A stretch of DNA of 64,000 nt from Styela clava. Lineage: Eukaryota. Below, piece by piece: positions 50,258 to 61,983 of this stretch; within the stretch, counting starts at the first letter, position 1; each line of letters begins with the position of its first letter. Position numbers and translations under genes: made by a program. The notes below the pieces were generated by a model. The model saw only the letters and a program-made list of their open reading frames with translations, was not told the DNA's origin and searched no databases. The stretch is from contig NC_135262.1 of assembly GCF_964204865.1 (NCBI RefSeq), forward strand, positions 16,926,001 through 16,990,000. The letters run 5' to 3'.

Positions 50258-51796
50258 ATGAGATTATTTTTATTTGCGTTTATGTCTTATGGCACGTTTG
50301 CGACAGTTTTGGGATATCAGGTGTTCGTTAGGACTCTCACAGGTAAAACCATCACTTTAGAAGTGGATGGAACTGACACAATAGAATCTTTGAAACAGCA
50401 GATTTTGGAGAAAGAAGGTACTCCAGTTCACCAACAAAGATTTATATATGCGGGTAAACAGCTTGAGGATGGAAGAACATTGGACGATTATGGAATTCAA
50501 AACGGAGCAATCTTGCATTTAATCCTACGATTATCCGGAACGATACAGGTATAGCAACTAACCCCCAAATGTACCCCATTTCATGTTGAAATCATCAAAA
50601 CAAAGTTAATTTTCCCCAAAATTCGAAAACTTTCGTAGCAAACAAATTACACCAGTTTAAGAAACATAACATGTTCCACCCAGTCATTATCAAATTAAAA
50701 TTTTTTATTCTCAAAACCTTTGGCACTGAGTGAAATAATTATATCCAAGTTCCCATCCGTACGATGTACATAATTACCCTTATTGAGATAATAGCCAATT
50801 TGGTGTAGTTTTGTAGTTACATAAGAACTAATTGGCTACACAGGTACAGTCGGTGGGTCCTTTTTGTGACCCGTAGATCAGTGGTTCGTCATACCTGCCC
50901 TAGGCTTTGCTATTTGTGAGGCCCCTCTTCAACAATGACGACATAAAAATTGTGGCCTCATAATAGGCTTTTTTTTTTGGGGGGGGGGGGGGGGGGTTGT
51001 TATGTATATATATATATGTCGTCATAAACTAAATTTGAAATTTCGAGAAATGCGAAATTTTATGACAAGATATTACGCTAATCATCAGAGTATATTTGAT
51101 ACAAAGTCGAATTTAAAAACACTGAGAAAAATTAGGGCTATAAAAAAAAATATCATGTCACCAGAAAGCCAATACCCGTTTAATGATCGCGGACAGAGGG
51201 GGGCCCAATTACTGTTAAATAAAACATCAGTAATTTATAAAAATATCATTTCATTTTTTGAAATAATCGGGTAAAAATGATATCAACCTAATTACAAAAT
51301 TAAGCAAATACCAGTTTTTAACGTTTCACACCGGCTTTATTCTGGAACAATCTTTTACAATTCAGAAACGACTTAAAACTGAATTAAGTTCAAAGTTGAA
51401 TGTCGAGGACCCTCATGCTTCAGCCTCCCTTGCCTCCTGGTAAATACGCCTCTGCTATTCATAGAATACCCAACTTAAACCAGGGTTCAATTTCTCATAT
51501 GAATATTCACTCTTGTCGAGTTCCTTTTATTCCGGAAATAATATAAAAATTTAAGCAGTGTTATATTTTCACAGATCACGGTGGACTACTTTACTAAATC
51601 GACGTTCCAACTTATTGTTACACCATCAGACACAATTGCAGAATTGAAGACTGAAATTTTGAACCAAGAAGGAATATCTACCGTGAACCACATATTAGTT
51701 TTTGATGATACCGTTTTGAATGATGCAGAGACCATAAATGATGCTGGCATCGTAAATGGTTCAGTGCTCAAGCTATTTGTGAGAGTGTTGTGCTAA
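50258..51796 (+). CDS. Predicted secreted tandem (di-)ubiquitin-like protein; 2 exons (50258-50548, 51575-51796), 170 aa
   Basis: 19-aa hydrophobic leader, UBL1 50/76 identical to ubiquitin by manual alignment, phase-0 intron CAG|GTATAG...TTTTCACAG|ATC, and a divergent UBL2 ending FVRVLC-stop. Confidence 0.85.
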
Positions 51797-52587
51797 AACT
51801 ATTATGTATAATTGTGTCAGAAGGAATTTCACATGAATACTGTTTATCGTAAAATTTATTAAGCATGGAATATAAGCTATGGAATGAATAATTTTTCGGG
51901 TGGAACTGTAATTCTTGGCATGGAGATATATAAAGTATATATAGTTTTAAATCAACTTGCAGCGTCGCCAAGGACGTAAATCACAAAATATATTTACGTT
52001 TTCTAGAAACATCGATCAAAACATTCATTATTCAAATTAGAAATGATAATTAACCTTATGATTTCTGCAAAACAAAGAATTCTAATAAACTCCAATATTA
52101 ATTTAATTCAACGGCGCTCCAGAAGTGTGTGTACCAATACGGAGGTAACTAATTTTTTTCGCCTACTTTACATCAAGTTGTGTAATGGGACCGAAACCTA
52201 TGGGCAGGGGTATATTCACTTGGCTAACACAGACAGTGCCCGAACTCGTAATCGAACTAAAATAAGGAAAATCGCCTCAATACTAAACCCAGACTGTGTC
52301 GATTCCGCGTTTAAAAGGATGATGAATAGTTTATTAATTGATTTCGTCTCGCCGGAAAGATAGGTTTAATAAATTTTGAGAATGTATCTTCCAATATCAT
52401 TCTTTACTACTATAACATCTTTCGCGAGACTCGGAAAACCCACACTACTGAATCGCATCGAAAACTATCAAGAACTGTAGGGATCCTGGGTAAGCTTAGA
52501 TATTATTTGCAGGATTTTACTCTAAGAACCGTTTACTTCTTGGGGAGTCTGGGGGGCGTTTTCGCCCACTTCGACTTATAACTAGTG

Positions 52588-52919
52588 CGAGGATATCGCT
52601 CGGAGACCGAAGACTTATCGATCGAAAGTTAGGGGATCCTCCATTCATTCACTCTGACTCTATAATGACACCGCGTGTCCCATCACTAATTAATTAATAC
52701 CTCGCTAATTATACGACGTAATTCATCCAAAATCAATAGGCTTCTGGTCCGAGCTATGATGAATACACAAGCAATTTGGAGCAGATTCAACCCCGCTTTC
52801 GTGAGATATCGCGTGCATCTAACAGACAGACAAACACCTATCAACATACTCACCGATCTTAAGATCGATAAGTAAAAATACCTATCAACACACTTACCTA
52901 TCTTAAGATCGATAAGTAA
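52588..52919 (+). mobile_element. HINE-like element with duplicated 3' end
   Basis: Family sequence; CCTATCAACA..ATCTTAAGATCGATAAGTAA is present twice in tandem. Confidence 0.75.
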
Positions 52920-53881
52920 CAATTTGGACTATAATTCGGCGAGTGAAGAGGTCTAGCCTACGAATTTGGCATTAGAAGACTCCATCATAAATAGCTTGGC
53001 ATATCTTCTGATAAATTTATTTCTATTTCACTACCGATTATTAGTTTACGAAACCGATCGCTTTACCAGTGAACAAGTATTGTAACGGTATGCCATTTCT
53101 TTGTCGGTGATGAGTGGTGACTAGTGAAACGGTAGTGCTGTGATTTTGTGCATGCCTTAGCTAGGACGTCTCTAAAATGTCGCGTCGCACACTTGTCCTC
53201 GCGTGTCACACAACACTTACGAGTGGAATAAACAGCACAGGGGACAAAGTGCGGGGCAAATCGCAGAAGGCAAGTGTTAAACAGTTGCGACACGACATTT
53301 TGAGACATTCATGCTTATATCTTCTTTATATTTTCTGCCTTCCGTGAGATAATGTAGATTGTGGACAATCAAAGTCTCACCTAAAGAGACCAACGGTTAA
53401 AACTTTTCACAAACAACCAGAATAAAGTTGTTCCTGTCCACTGTATAAGTGTCGAAATGAATTTGAGTGGATTCTTATGCTTTATATTAGCATACTGGCT
53501 TTACTCAAGAAAAGAAATCTCACAGTACTCATTATCAATATAAATGCTTAAGATAAAAAACACTTGTATTTGAATTCATTCATTTAATACATGATTTATA
53601 AAGAAAAAACACTAGCGCATGAATGGCTCTGATTGCAATATATAAAAATGTAAAATCGTTCATCAATATAAACATGTATATAATTTTCATAAAACTGGTA
53701 AAGATCTCAATGGATCAATCTCAATCAATGGAACGTAGAATGAATATTGCACTTTGAATTTAAGTACTAATGAAGAGATTCCAAAAGAAACATCCGCCGA
53801 TTAATGTGACAGATGAGCGATCATACTTGATCATAAGTTGTTTTTAGGATCAGAACTGCTATCAACATATATACGTATATA

Positions 53882-56800
53882 TCAAGTATCATTGTCAATA
53901 AGGGGTTTATTCTGTGAATCAACTTCATCAGAATTCTTTGGTATATTATTTTTGCTAACATTCCTTTTTCTTGGGAACTTGCACAAAAACACATCATGGA
54001 TTGGATTGTTGAAATGATCAGGTAACAGCATGATGGCAAATCCAAGTAACACCAGAGAAGCAGCAAGAACACGTGTGGCATTAAACGTGACTCCTCTAAC
54101 AGCAACATCTACAACTGTAAATAAAATTAAACTAGGTTGTTTGCCTGGATTAGCATGTTAAACCGCATGTATGTATTTATTATAAGCAGCTATTTATTGC
54201 AAAAAAAACGATTAAAATGAACATTGCTTTTCGTTTAACTTCGAAGTAACCCGCTTGTTTTTCATACTTTTTGGAACACCGATAATCGGACTCGGAAACT
54301 CTCATGCCACAGATTCTGAAAAGGTAGCCGCGATTACGCGTTCGTTAAAAGAGCCGGCATTTTTAACGTTCAATGACTTTTCCGCCGCGTAAAATATCCA
54401 TCCTGCATGATTTTAAAATGTCTTTTTATATAAATTTAATTGATTTTAACATAACTCGTGGTTGCGCCGACTTACGACAAAACATAAACATCACTAAGAT
54501 ATTACGCCAATCTGTGAAAATAATAATGTGCTTTGAATTGCCCGAATATAGTTAATTTAGATAGGTATTTTTGCGTCCCAGTGAATTCGTTATGGCCGTT
54601 AAAAAAACATCTGCAATATAAAGTACATTTGTATATCGAAAATACATCTTCATCGTCCCGAAATTTTCGCGGAACGGCTTTTGAAACAGTCCTAGCAAAA
54701 GTCAGTCCATGACCGATACGGGCATATTCAAACCGTCTAGGTTTATTAATTTAATTGTGCTTAATTTAACATGCGGTAGCGTCGTCAAAATGAAAGCATT
54801 ACTACACAAATTACCACGTCAATCCGCGAACATAAAAATGTGTGCCAAAGTGCTCGATTATATCTTGATTTGATTCGAATTTGACAAATCTGCGCCAATG
54901 GTTATTTTTAAGATATCACCGTTAGAAAAATTCCTTAAGTCTGCGATAAAATTTCAGGAAGTATATTCCTAGCCTAAGTAGTTACAAATATTTATGTGGC
55001 CGAGGGGTACTGGAATACTTACATTTCACCTCACCGCTGATCAGTAACTGCTCGGCGGCTGCAAGTTGGCACATCGTGCAAAGCGTTAGGAATATTCTTG
55101 GCACCGCAACTCTGCTTAGCCTGCAGGTTTGAAGCTCATGGGGGATAATCATGTTCAGGAGGATTGCTGGACTACTCGCTGCTGTCGGGTGGTAAACATA
55201 ACCGCTGGTCGTTTACCGCTTCCTCCACCATCAAGTCCATGCATTAAAAAATAACTAATCTCATACCTGACATAGACTGATAACCAGACGGGAGAGGCTG
55301 TGACTGGTAAGTCATCTTAACCCCTTTTTCTCTCCTTCGGAAAATCCTATACTAACTTTACCTGCATTTAGCGGAACTCCAAGCATCAAAGCAATTGATA
55401 TGAAGAGAGGATAAGTATAGGCAACTCCAAAACTTAAAACATAGTTGAAAACTGAATGAAGAGCAAAACATTATGTTAAATTAATTAATTAGTGAATAAA
55501 GAACATAAATTTATATTTTATGCTAAAATTCACACTTGAAGCTGTTATCACATTGCATTAAAGTATTGTAACTTAAGATAATATATCTTTTAAAAATTTA
55601 CTAACCTAATCCTAAAAACGAAGATGCGATCAAAGGATTCCAAGGAATGTTATCTCCCGTGAAATGTTCAACATTGGTGAAATATAAAGTGATAAATATT
55701 GTCCACATAAGAAAAATATTACTGATTCCGAGATATGTGAGAAAAAGTGAGACTTGTCCCAGAGTTGCAGCACCAACCCAAACTTTGAAAATGACCTAAA
55801 AATACATGTTATCAATATTATTTTTTCAGTCACTACCAGTTTCAACCAAAGAAAAAGCACCATATTGGTCTATAACAGGGGTCGGCAAACTTTTGTCGTT
55901 CGCGGGCCAAAATTAAAGGTTGTAAGTCATTGGCGGGCCACACATATTTTTAGAAAGTTAAAAACCGAAGGAATGGCCAATGAATCACATTTTTTCACAC
56001 AGATTTCAGTTAAATTTCAAGCAGCGTGCAAAGACTGATCATTTGAATATTTTTTGCGCCATTAAAGCATTTGCACTCAGCATCAACTTTTTTACATACT
56101 GTTGCCATTTGTCTGATTATAATCAATTTATAGGCTCATTAAACGAGTGATTGTGAATTATATAATTGTCAGGTTATAATATAATTTACTGTCTCTAAAC
56201 AAATTCTGTTACCTAAAGAATATAATCATCAATACAGTTGTTTTGTTAATATAATTCAGTGAAGCGTCGCGGGCCGGATTATATTGTTTCGCGGGCGGCA
56301 TTTCATGGGCCGGATTATATTGTTTCGCGGGCGGCATCTGGCCCACGGGCCATAGTCTGCCGACCCCTGGTCTACAAGCTATAGCGTTCAAGCAGCAACG
56401 TAACAACAAAAAAATAAAAACAAAAAATTCTACAATATAAAAAATCCATACAAAGACACAGAAATGATTGGGCAATAATGACTGGAACTGTACATTATTG
56501 AACATGTTGGGAAAAATTTCTCTCAATTGAAAAATCTGTGTGAAGATAATTGGCACATTGTACTAAATTGTTATCTCAAAAGTTTTCTACCTTATAAAGA
56601 GCTGCTCCGAGAGCTGTTGCAATGGCCATCAAGGCACCAATTAATAAATTTGAACCTCCAGCAAATCCTGCTGCATATCCGAACAGCACAACACCAGAAA
56701 TACAGAAAATGCACGCCAAAATCTGCAGAAAAGATAGTACCGTAGTTATCTTAACTATAGTTCATATCTCAATTCTCTAATGAGAAAGTGGAAATAAATA

Positions 56801-58783
56801 TTGTGTGGGTGGACAACATCAAAATTCCAACTACCAAGATAGTAAAAATAAAAGAAAGCTAGTAAAAATCATACAGTTTTTGAAGAAAAATATTATCTCA
56901 TCTCATCTACTGTATATCTGCGCATTTAATATATGCGAATATTTACGAATGCATCGTTTTTAAGGGGTCGGCTTATATGCAAGATTACTTTAAAGTAGCG
57001 GCACATGCGGGTTCAGAATTACAAAAGAATATACCTACCCTGATCACATACAATTTCTCTTTGAGTATGCACAGGGACAACATATAAACAAAAGCAACAT
57101 TTGAAGCAAAAATAGCAGAAGCATCAGTTGCTGCAATGAACTTTAAAGCAATCATGTATAAATAATTTGTTGCAACCCATAATATATTCATTGGAACAAT
57201 TCTTAGAAAAAATTGTTTAGTTGTGATTTTGGATGTTTCGAATACTTTTTCTGATTCTCTGAAAAAGAAATTATAGATGTTGTAGAGGCAATTACAAATG
57301 TTTGATTTAAAAATTTCTTGATTTTAGACACAATTTTCATTCTCAGGCTGCACAAATATTGAAGTGATTAATAAGCATATTTTAATTTAACAAGAAGCTA
57401 CAAAATAGCATGAGGAAATCCTGTTTAACAAATTTTTATTGGTTTTGCAAGTTGATTTCCTATTAGCTATCTACATACTCACAATAAATAAGCATAATAA
57501 GTTTTTGAAATCGTTATTAAAAACAAGGCAACTTCATTCAAATACTGGTATTTGAAAGCATAATGTTAGTGTTTAATTCCATGTTTGCTCATAACTTCAT
57601 CAAAACAAAATTTAAATATGTCAGGCTGAATAAAATTTATAATGAACTTATAACCTGAAAATCTTACTTTATTACTTCAATTATCTTTTGACGATTTCTG
57701 TATTTCAGTGCAATACATATACAATAAATTGGAAAGCATAAAGTCATCCATGAAGTTCCAAACCACGTCATAAAATATGGTGCATCGAAACTTGCAAGTT
57801 GAATGGCATTCTGAGCAAATTGCTGAGCACCGACCCAGGATATCGCCAATAATATTACGATTATACAACCTGTAAAACACATAATACACTTGAACTTCAT
57901 GAAAATTACCGGTAAATAAACACTATATAAGCCGAATTGTGTATCATCTTTCAAAACAATCTACATTGGTTATTAAGATAGAAATAAACTTATACTAGAT
58001 TTCAATTTCATCCTAAGAAAAGGGAACGCTAACAAAATAGAGCATGGTGAAAAACAGCCTCTTGTAGATTACGAGATCAACATAGATATGTTAAATGAAT
58101 TGTATTTCACTATCAAGCATTAGATAGATATACGCGTTGCATGTCACACATTACTTATGTCGTTTTTATAGTAAACCAATAAGGACCTGGAAGGCTACCG
58201 AAAATGTCATAGGGCTGTTGATGAAGGTGCCCAGCCCACTGGCGACTCGGGCATATGGATTGCCAAAGCTTTTACCATAGAATGCTAACACTTGACATTC
58301 TATGAACTTCATTCTATTCATGTTTACACATAAATGAAATTGTCATCTATTACCTACTAATATCTTCTTTCTCTTTTCTCTGCAATTTTGGTTATCAAAT
58401 GGTTCTTCCATGAGTGATTCATTCACAATAGGAGAATAATTCTCTGGTTGAACTTGAATAGCGTCATTTAAATTTTGCTGGACCACATCTAAGTTATTTA
58501 ATATAATGAAGTTTAATTTTTTACATTTGAAAATAATAACAAATTTGATGTAATTTTTATGCTTCTCTCTATGACTTCATAGCAAAGCAATAAGTGTTCG
58601 ACGTATTCATTTTGACGAAGACTTTAGATAAGAATGCACTAAAAAAATTTAATTCGGTAACATTGACCAAAACGACGATTGTTTTACATTTTGAAAGATA
58701 GTATCATGGAACATGTCAATAATAAAATATTATCCATAATTAAATAAAATGTCCTTACATCTACTTTCTCCATTCTTTTTCAT
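53882..58783 (-). CDS. SLC35F3/SLC35F4-like EamA/DMT transporter (putative thiamine transporter family); 8 exons, 408 aa
   Basis: Exons 58783-58759, 58488-58354, 57869-57668, 57258-57039, 56722-56591, 55795-55606, 55451-55362, 54114-53882 splice in phase (1227 nt). Motifs SWVGAQQF, FDAPYFMTWFGTSW, LWVATNYLYMIAL, SNVAFVYMLS, AALYKVIFK, FGVAYTYPLFIS..GVPLNAVVD. Confidence 0.9.
55066..55350 (+). mobile_element. tRNA-derived SINE (last intron of the SLC35F gene)
   Basis: TGGCACATCGTGCAAAGCGTTAGG..GCAGGTTTGAAGC, plus family body and tail. Confidence 0.75.
55876..56369. mobile_element. hAT MITE
   Basis: CAGGGGTCGGCAAAC / GTCTGCCGACCCCTG; TSD GTCTATAA/GTCTACAA. Confidence 0.88.
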
Positions 58784-59082
58784 AATATGTATTGTATATT
58801 ACACTTTATACGAGTTGATTGGTCAAATTGCATATTTCACTAGAACTACATAAACTGTGTGTTAAGATAAGTGGTTAGTTTAGAAAGGCAGTACTTGTAT
58901 GATTGTATATATAAAATAAAATTTGTTTAGGATATAACAATATTTGTTCCTTCTGTTAGCATAAATGAAGACAGAATGTTCCTGGAATAACACAATTGTT
59001 GATGGCCACTATAAGAACATAATGTCATGTTGTTATTTTTTAACAATAGCAAAGTGTAATCATTAGTGTTTGAAATACCACA

Positions 59083-59655
59083 TTATAAAAGCACATGTAA
59101 TAATTTTTGAATCTTGTTAGAAATAGCATGAACATTAGTGTCATTATTATTGTCATCATTATGTACTACAAAATCCCATTCTATTCCATTATCAAGTGCA
59201 CATTCAGATGGTGCATCATCAATACCACTCACAAATTTCCAACCTCGATTTATACGAGTTGTATCAGAGCATGAAATTCTTAATAAAATAGTTTTTTCTC
59301 TGTAATATTTTTGGAAATATTCAATATCTGATGGTCTTCTAGCATCAGTCACAATCCAGATTGGTTTAGAAGCAATTTGTGTTGCGAGCCTGCAAAATAC
59401 TTCAGAATCTTTGTTTCTTTCACTTTCGCCCCATTTGATCATGTCATCTCGATATTTTTCTTTATATGATGATGAATCCAATAGTCTTGTAAAATCAAGA
59501 TTATGAATTTTTGCATATTGTTCTTTCAATGGAGATGACAGTCTGATAATATCACAATGTTCAAAACCAATTTTTGAAGAGAGCAAGTCACTGAAACAAT
59601 CTTTCCCACTTTTTCGTTTTCCACTTACAATTATAATTTTCTTTGGTTCAATCAT
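59083..59655 (-). CDS. PMVK: Phosphomevalonate kinase (animal type); intronless CDS, 190 aa
   Basis: SGKRKSGKD P-loop, RLSSPLKEQYA, YKEKYRDDMIKWGE, WIVTDARR, RGWKFVSGIDDAPSECALD. Confidence 0.96.
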   Translation of the reverse strand: MIEPKKIIIVSGKRKSGKDCFSDLLSSKIGFEHCDIIRLSSPLKEQYAKIHNLDFTRLLDSSSYKEKYRDDMIKWGESERNKDSEVFCRLATQIASKPIWIVTDARRPSDIEYFQKYYREKTILLRISCSDTTRINRGWKFVSGIDDAPSECALDNGIEWDFVVHNDDNNNDTNVHAISNKIQKLLHVLL

Positions 59656-59841
59656 CCGGAATGTGATTTTATTTGAATGTTTACTGGTATTAAAATACTC
59701 AAGCGCACAGCTGTTTAAATGCTAAAAGTACCCATGAATACAGTACGGTAGTTTTCTGAAATGCAGAAATGGTAATAATGGACTACTGCTGTACGGTACG
59801 GGTACCGGTATGGTAGGTACTGTAATACAGTAATATAAAAC

Positions 59842-60281
59842 TAGGGTTGCCAACTATGGAAAGTTTCAATAAAGGACATAGATTACCGTCATCATTTATT
59901 TTGTAACTTGCAGGAAAGAACAATATAAAACAATGAAATAAAAATTATATACATGCTAAAAAGATATAATAAAGCAATCTTCACATGTTTTTCATTTATT
60001 TAACATTGACCAAAACAATGTTAATAAAATTGTTATTTCTTTGGCTATTTGAGCCGAACCGAAGCGAAATTAAAAAGTATAATTAAAGCTTGCAAATACA
60101 TAAATGAAGGCAATTTTTTAAGAACGGAACAATATCAAACACAGTACTATAACTGTCGGGCCAAACGACGTAGGAAAGAATAAAGGACAATTAGCATCTT
60201 TTCTAAATGCTAAAAAGGACAAGGACCGAAAAGCTTAATTAAACGATTGTCCTTTGAAATAAAGGACGGTTGGCAACCCTA
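59842..60281. mobile_element. hAT MITE (TAGGG termini)
   Basis: TAGGGTTGCCAAC / GTTGGCAACCCTA; TSD TATAAAAC/TATAAAGC; AAAGGAC repeats. Confidence 0.82.
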
Positions 60282-60439
60282 TATAAAGCAAACAATATAT
60301 TTTTGCATTTCGAAAACAAACCTATCACAGTAACTAACAAATAAATCATACTGCCCAATAGTCAAAAACAAATCGGTGATGTCCTTATCACTTCAGCAAC
60401 AGATCCACAACACTCAGACACTCGCATTTGTAATCTTGA

Positions 60440-60740
60440 ACGTGGTAGCTAGGTACGGTACCGGTACCGTACGGCTGTACCGGAAACGATCACCGCACAA
60501 TCACATCATCCAATACAGCAATAGCCAACCAGATAAGATCTATGATAGATCAGTAGAATATTCCAGCATGATATCTGGTGGCGCGTCTGATTCCACGGCC
60601 GTCCATTCTATGACGTTCCTATAATTCAAAGGAATCCGCACGCCGAGCACGTGCTCTCAAGAAGGGAAATCCCCGGTTATATTATTGTTATTGTCCGTCC
60701 AGTCTCGTCGTGGTGTCGAGAATGGAAAAGTAGGTATTGG
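60440..60740. promoter_or_regulatory. Probable bidirectional promoter for PMVK/SLC35F and NTHL1
   Basis: CpG-rich unique sequence between divergent genes; CACGTG E-box at about 60648; GGGAAATCCC (60664-60673) fits the NF-kB consensus; flanked by GTACCG clusters. Confidence 0.45.
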
Positions 60741-61410
60741 CTAGTTTAGGGTTTATTTTGAAAACTTTTCAACATACTCCATATATTCTCAATTTATATT
60801 ATACTAGGCTTTTATTTGTACACCTGCAATTAATTGTACATAATACTGAAAGTTTCATTTTTCAAGCAAGGAAAAGCAGCGACCCGCATTGATCCAATTG
60901 ATTTTGACTACTGGTACCGGTACGCGGTACCTATCTTGCCTCTTGAGTTCCTAACGAAAATTTTCACTATGTGGTACAATAGACGACGGTACCGGTATTT
61001 CTTCAGGCCTACTCTCATTTGTTTTCGCCCGTTCACTTGCAGACTTGATCAAATGGCTTGCAAGCTACAAAACAAAGGAGCTACCGTAACTGAGGCAAAT
61101 TTTCACCAAATTCCTCACACCCTACAATCCTGAAGATCATTGGTGTTTCTGGCAATGCATTAGTCTTTCTCTATATAGATGTTGCAAATTTCAATCATTA
61201 ATATCTCCTTTAACAAAATTGGACAATAAAATGCACGATTTGTTCATCAAATTCTAATTTGTAAATAATGCTGTCCTGTTTGCATTTTGTTAATTGTTTT
61301 TTTATGGTCGTGCACTTACTATACTATAAGTTTTCAGCTTTATACCAAATTCTGAAGTTATTCTCGGTTTATTACTGCATTTGATAAGTGATTCTACTAA
61401 TCCTATAGAT

Positions 61411-61983
61411 CAGGGGCGGGCAACCCCTGGCATGCGAGCGAGGCCTCAGAAACGAGATCATTCTACTTCAGATAAAAAGTTTCGAGGCTCTGATTTAACT
61501 GACGAAGCTCGGTGTTTGTTTATTCATTATCGTTTGTTAACAATCTGTTATTCATTTAAAATTTTAAACTATTTTTGTCTTTTCATGACATATGGCTACA
61601 AAGAAATATATTATGACATAACAACTGAGTTAGCACTTGATGAATTGTGACGAGACACAGCATTCATTGTGGGGCGGGGTTCATCGTTAAGTAATATATA
61701 GTTCGTCTGTGCCACCATTTTCTTCATTACTGATTGATTTATGAAGTTGTACAGCTCATGTTGGTTAGAGTTACTTGCTAACTTACTGAAATAAATTGTA
61801 ATTTCCCGAATACTGGAATAGTGAATCTGTCTATAGCTTACATGTTTAAAAGGTTTATTATTGTGTATTTTTGTTTTAAAAGTAACAAAGCATTGTTTTT
61901 AATTTTGGTCGGCACGCGGAAGAATTTTGTCGTTAAATTTAGCCGATTTGGGCACGCGAGCAAAAAATGGTTGCCCACCCCCG
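61411..61983. mobile_element. hAT MITE
   Basis: CAGGGGCGGGCAACC / GGTTGCCCACCCCCG; perfect TSD CTATAGAT. Confidence 0.88.

Noticed and set aside
50258-50554. Ordinary ubiquitin, NEDD8 or ubiquitin-ribosomal fusion gene or pseudogene
   Set aside because: It lacks Met1 and the diglycine, has a hydrophobic leader and an in-phase second UBL exon, and shows no frameshifts or stops.
60722-60733. ATGGAAAAG as NTHL1 coding exon 1
   Set aside because: The available donors give the wrong phase or include a stop (ATG GAA AAG TAG); at most a tiny uORF in a non-coding exon.
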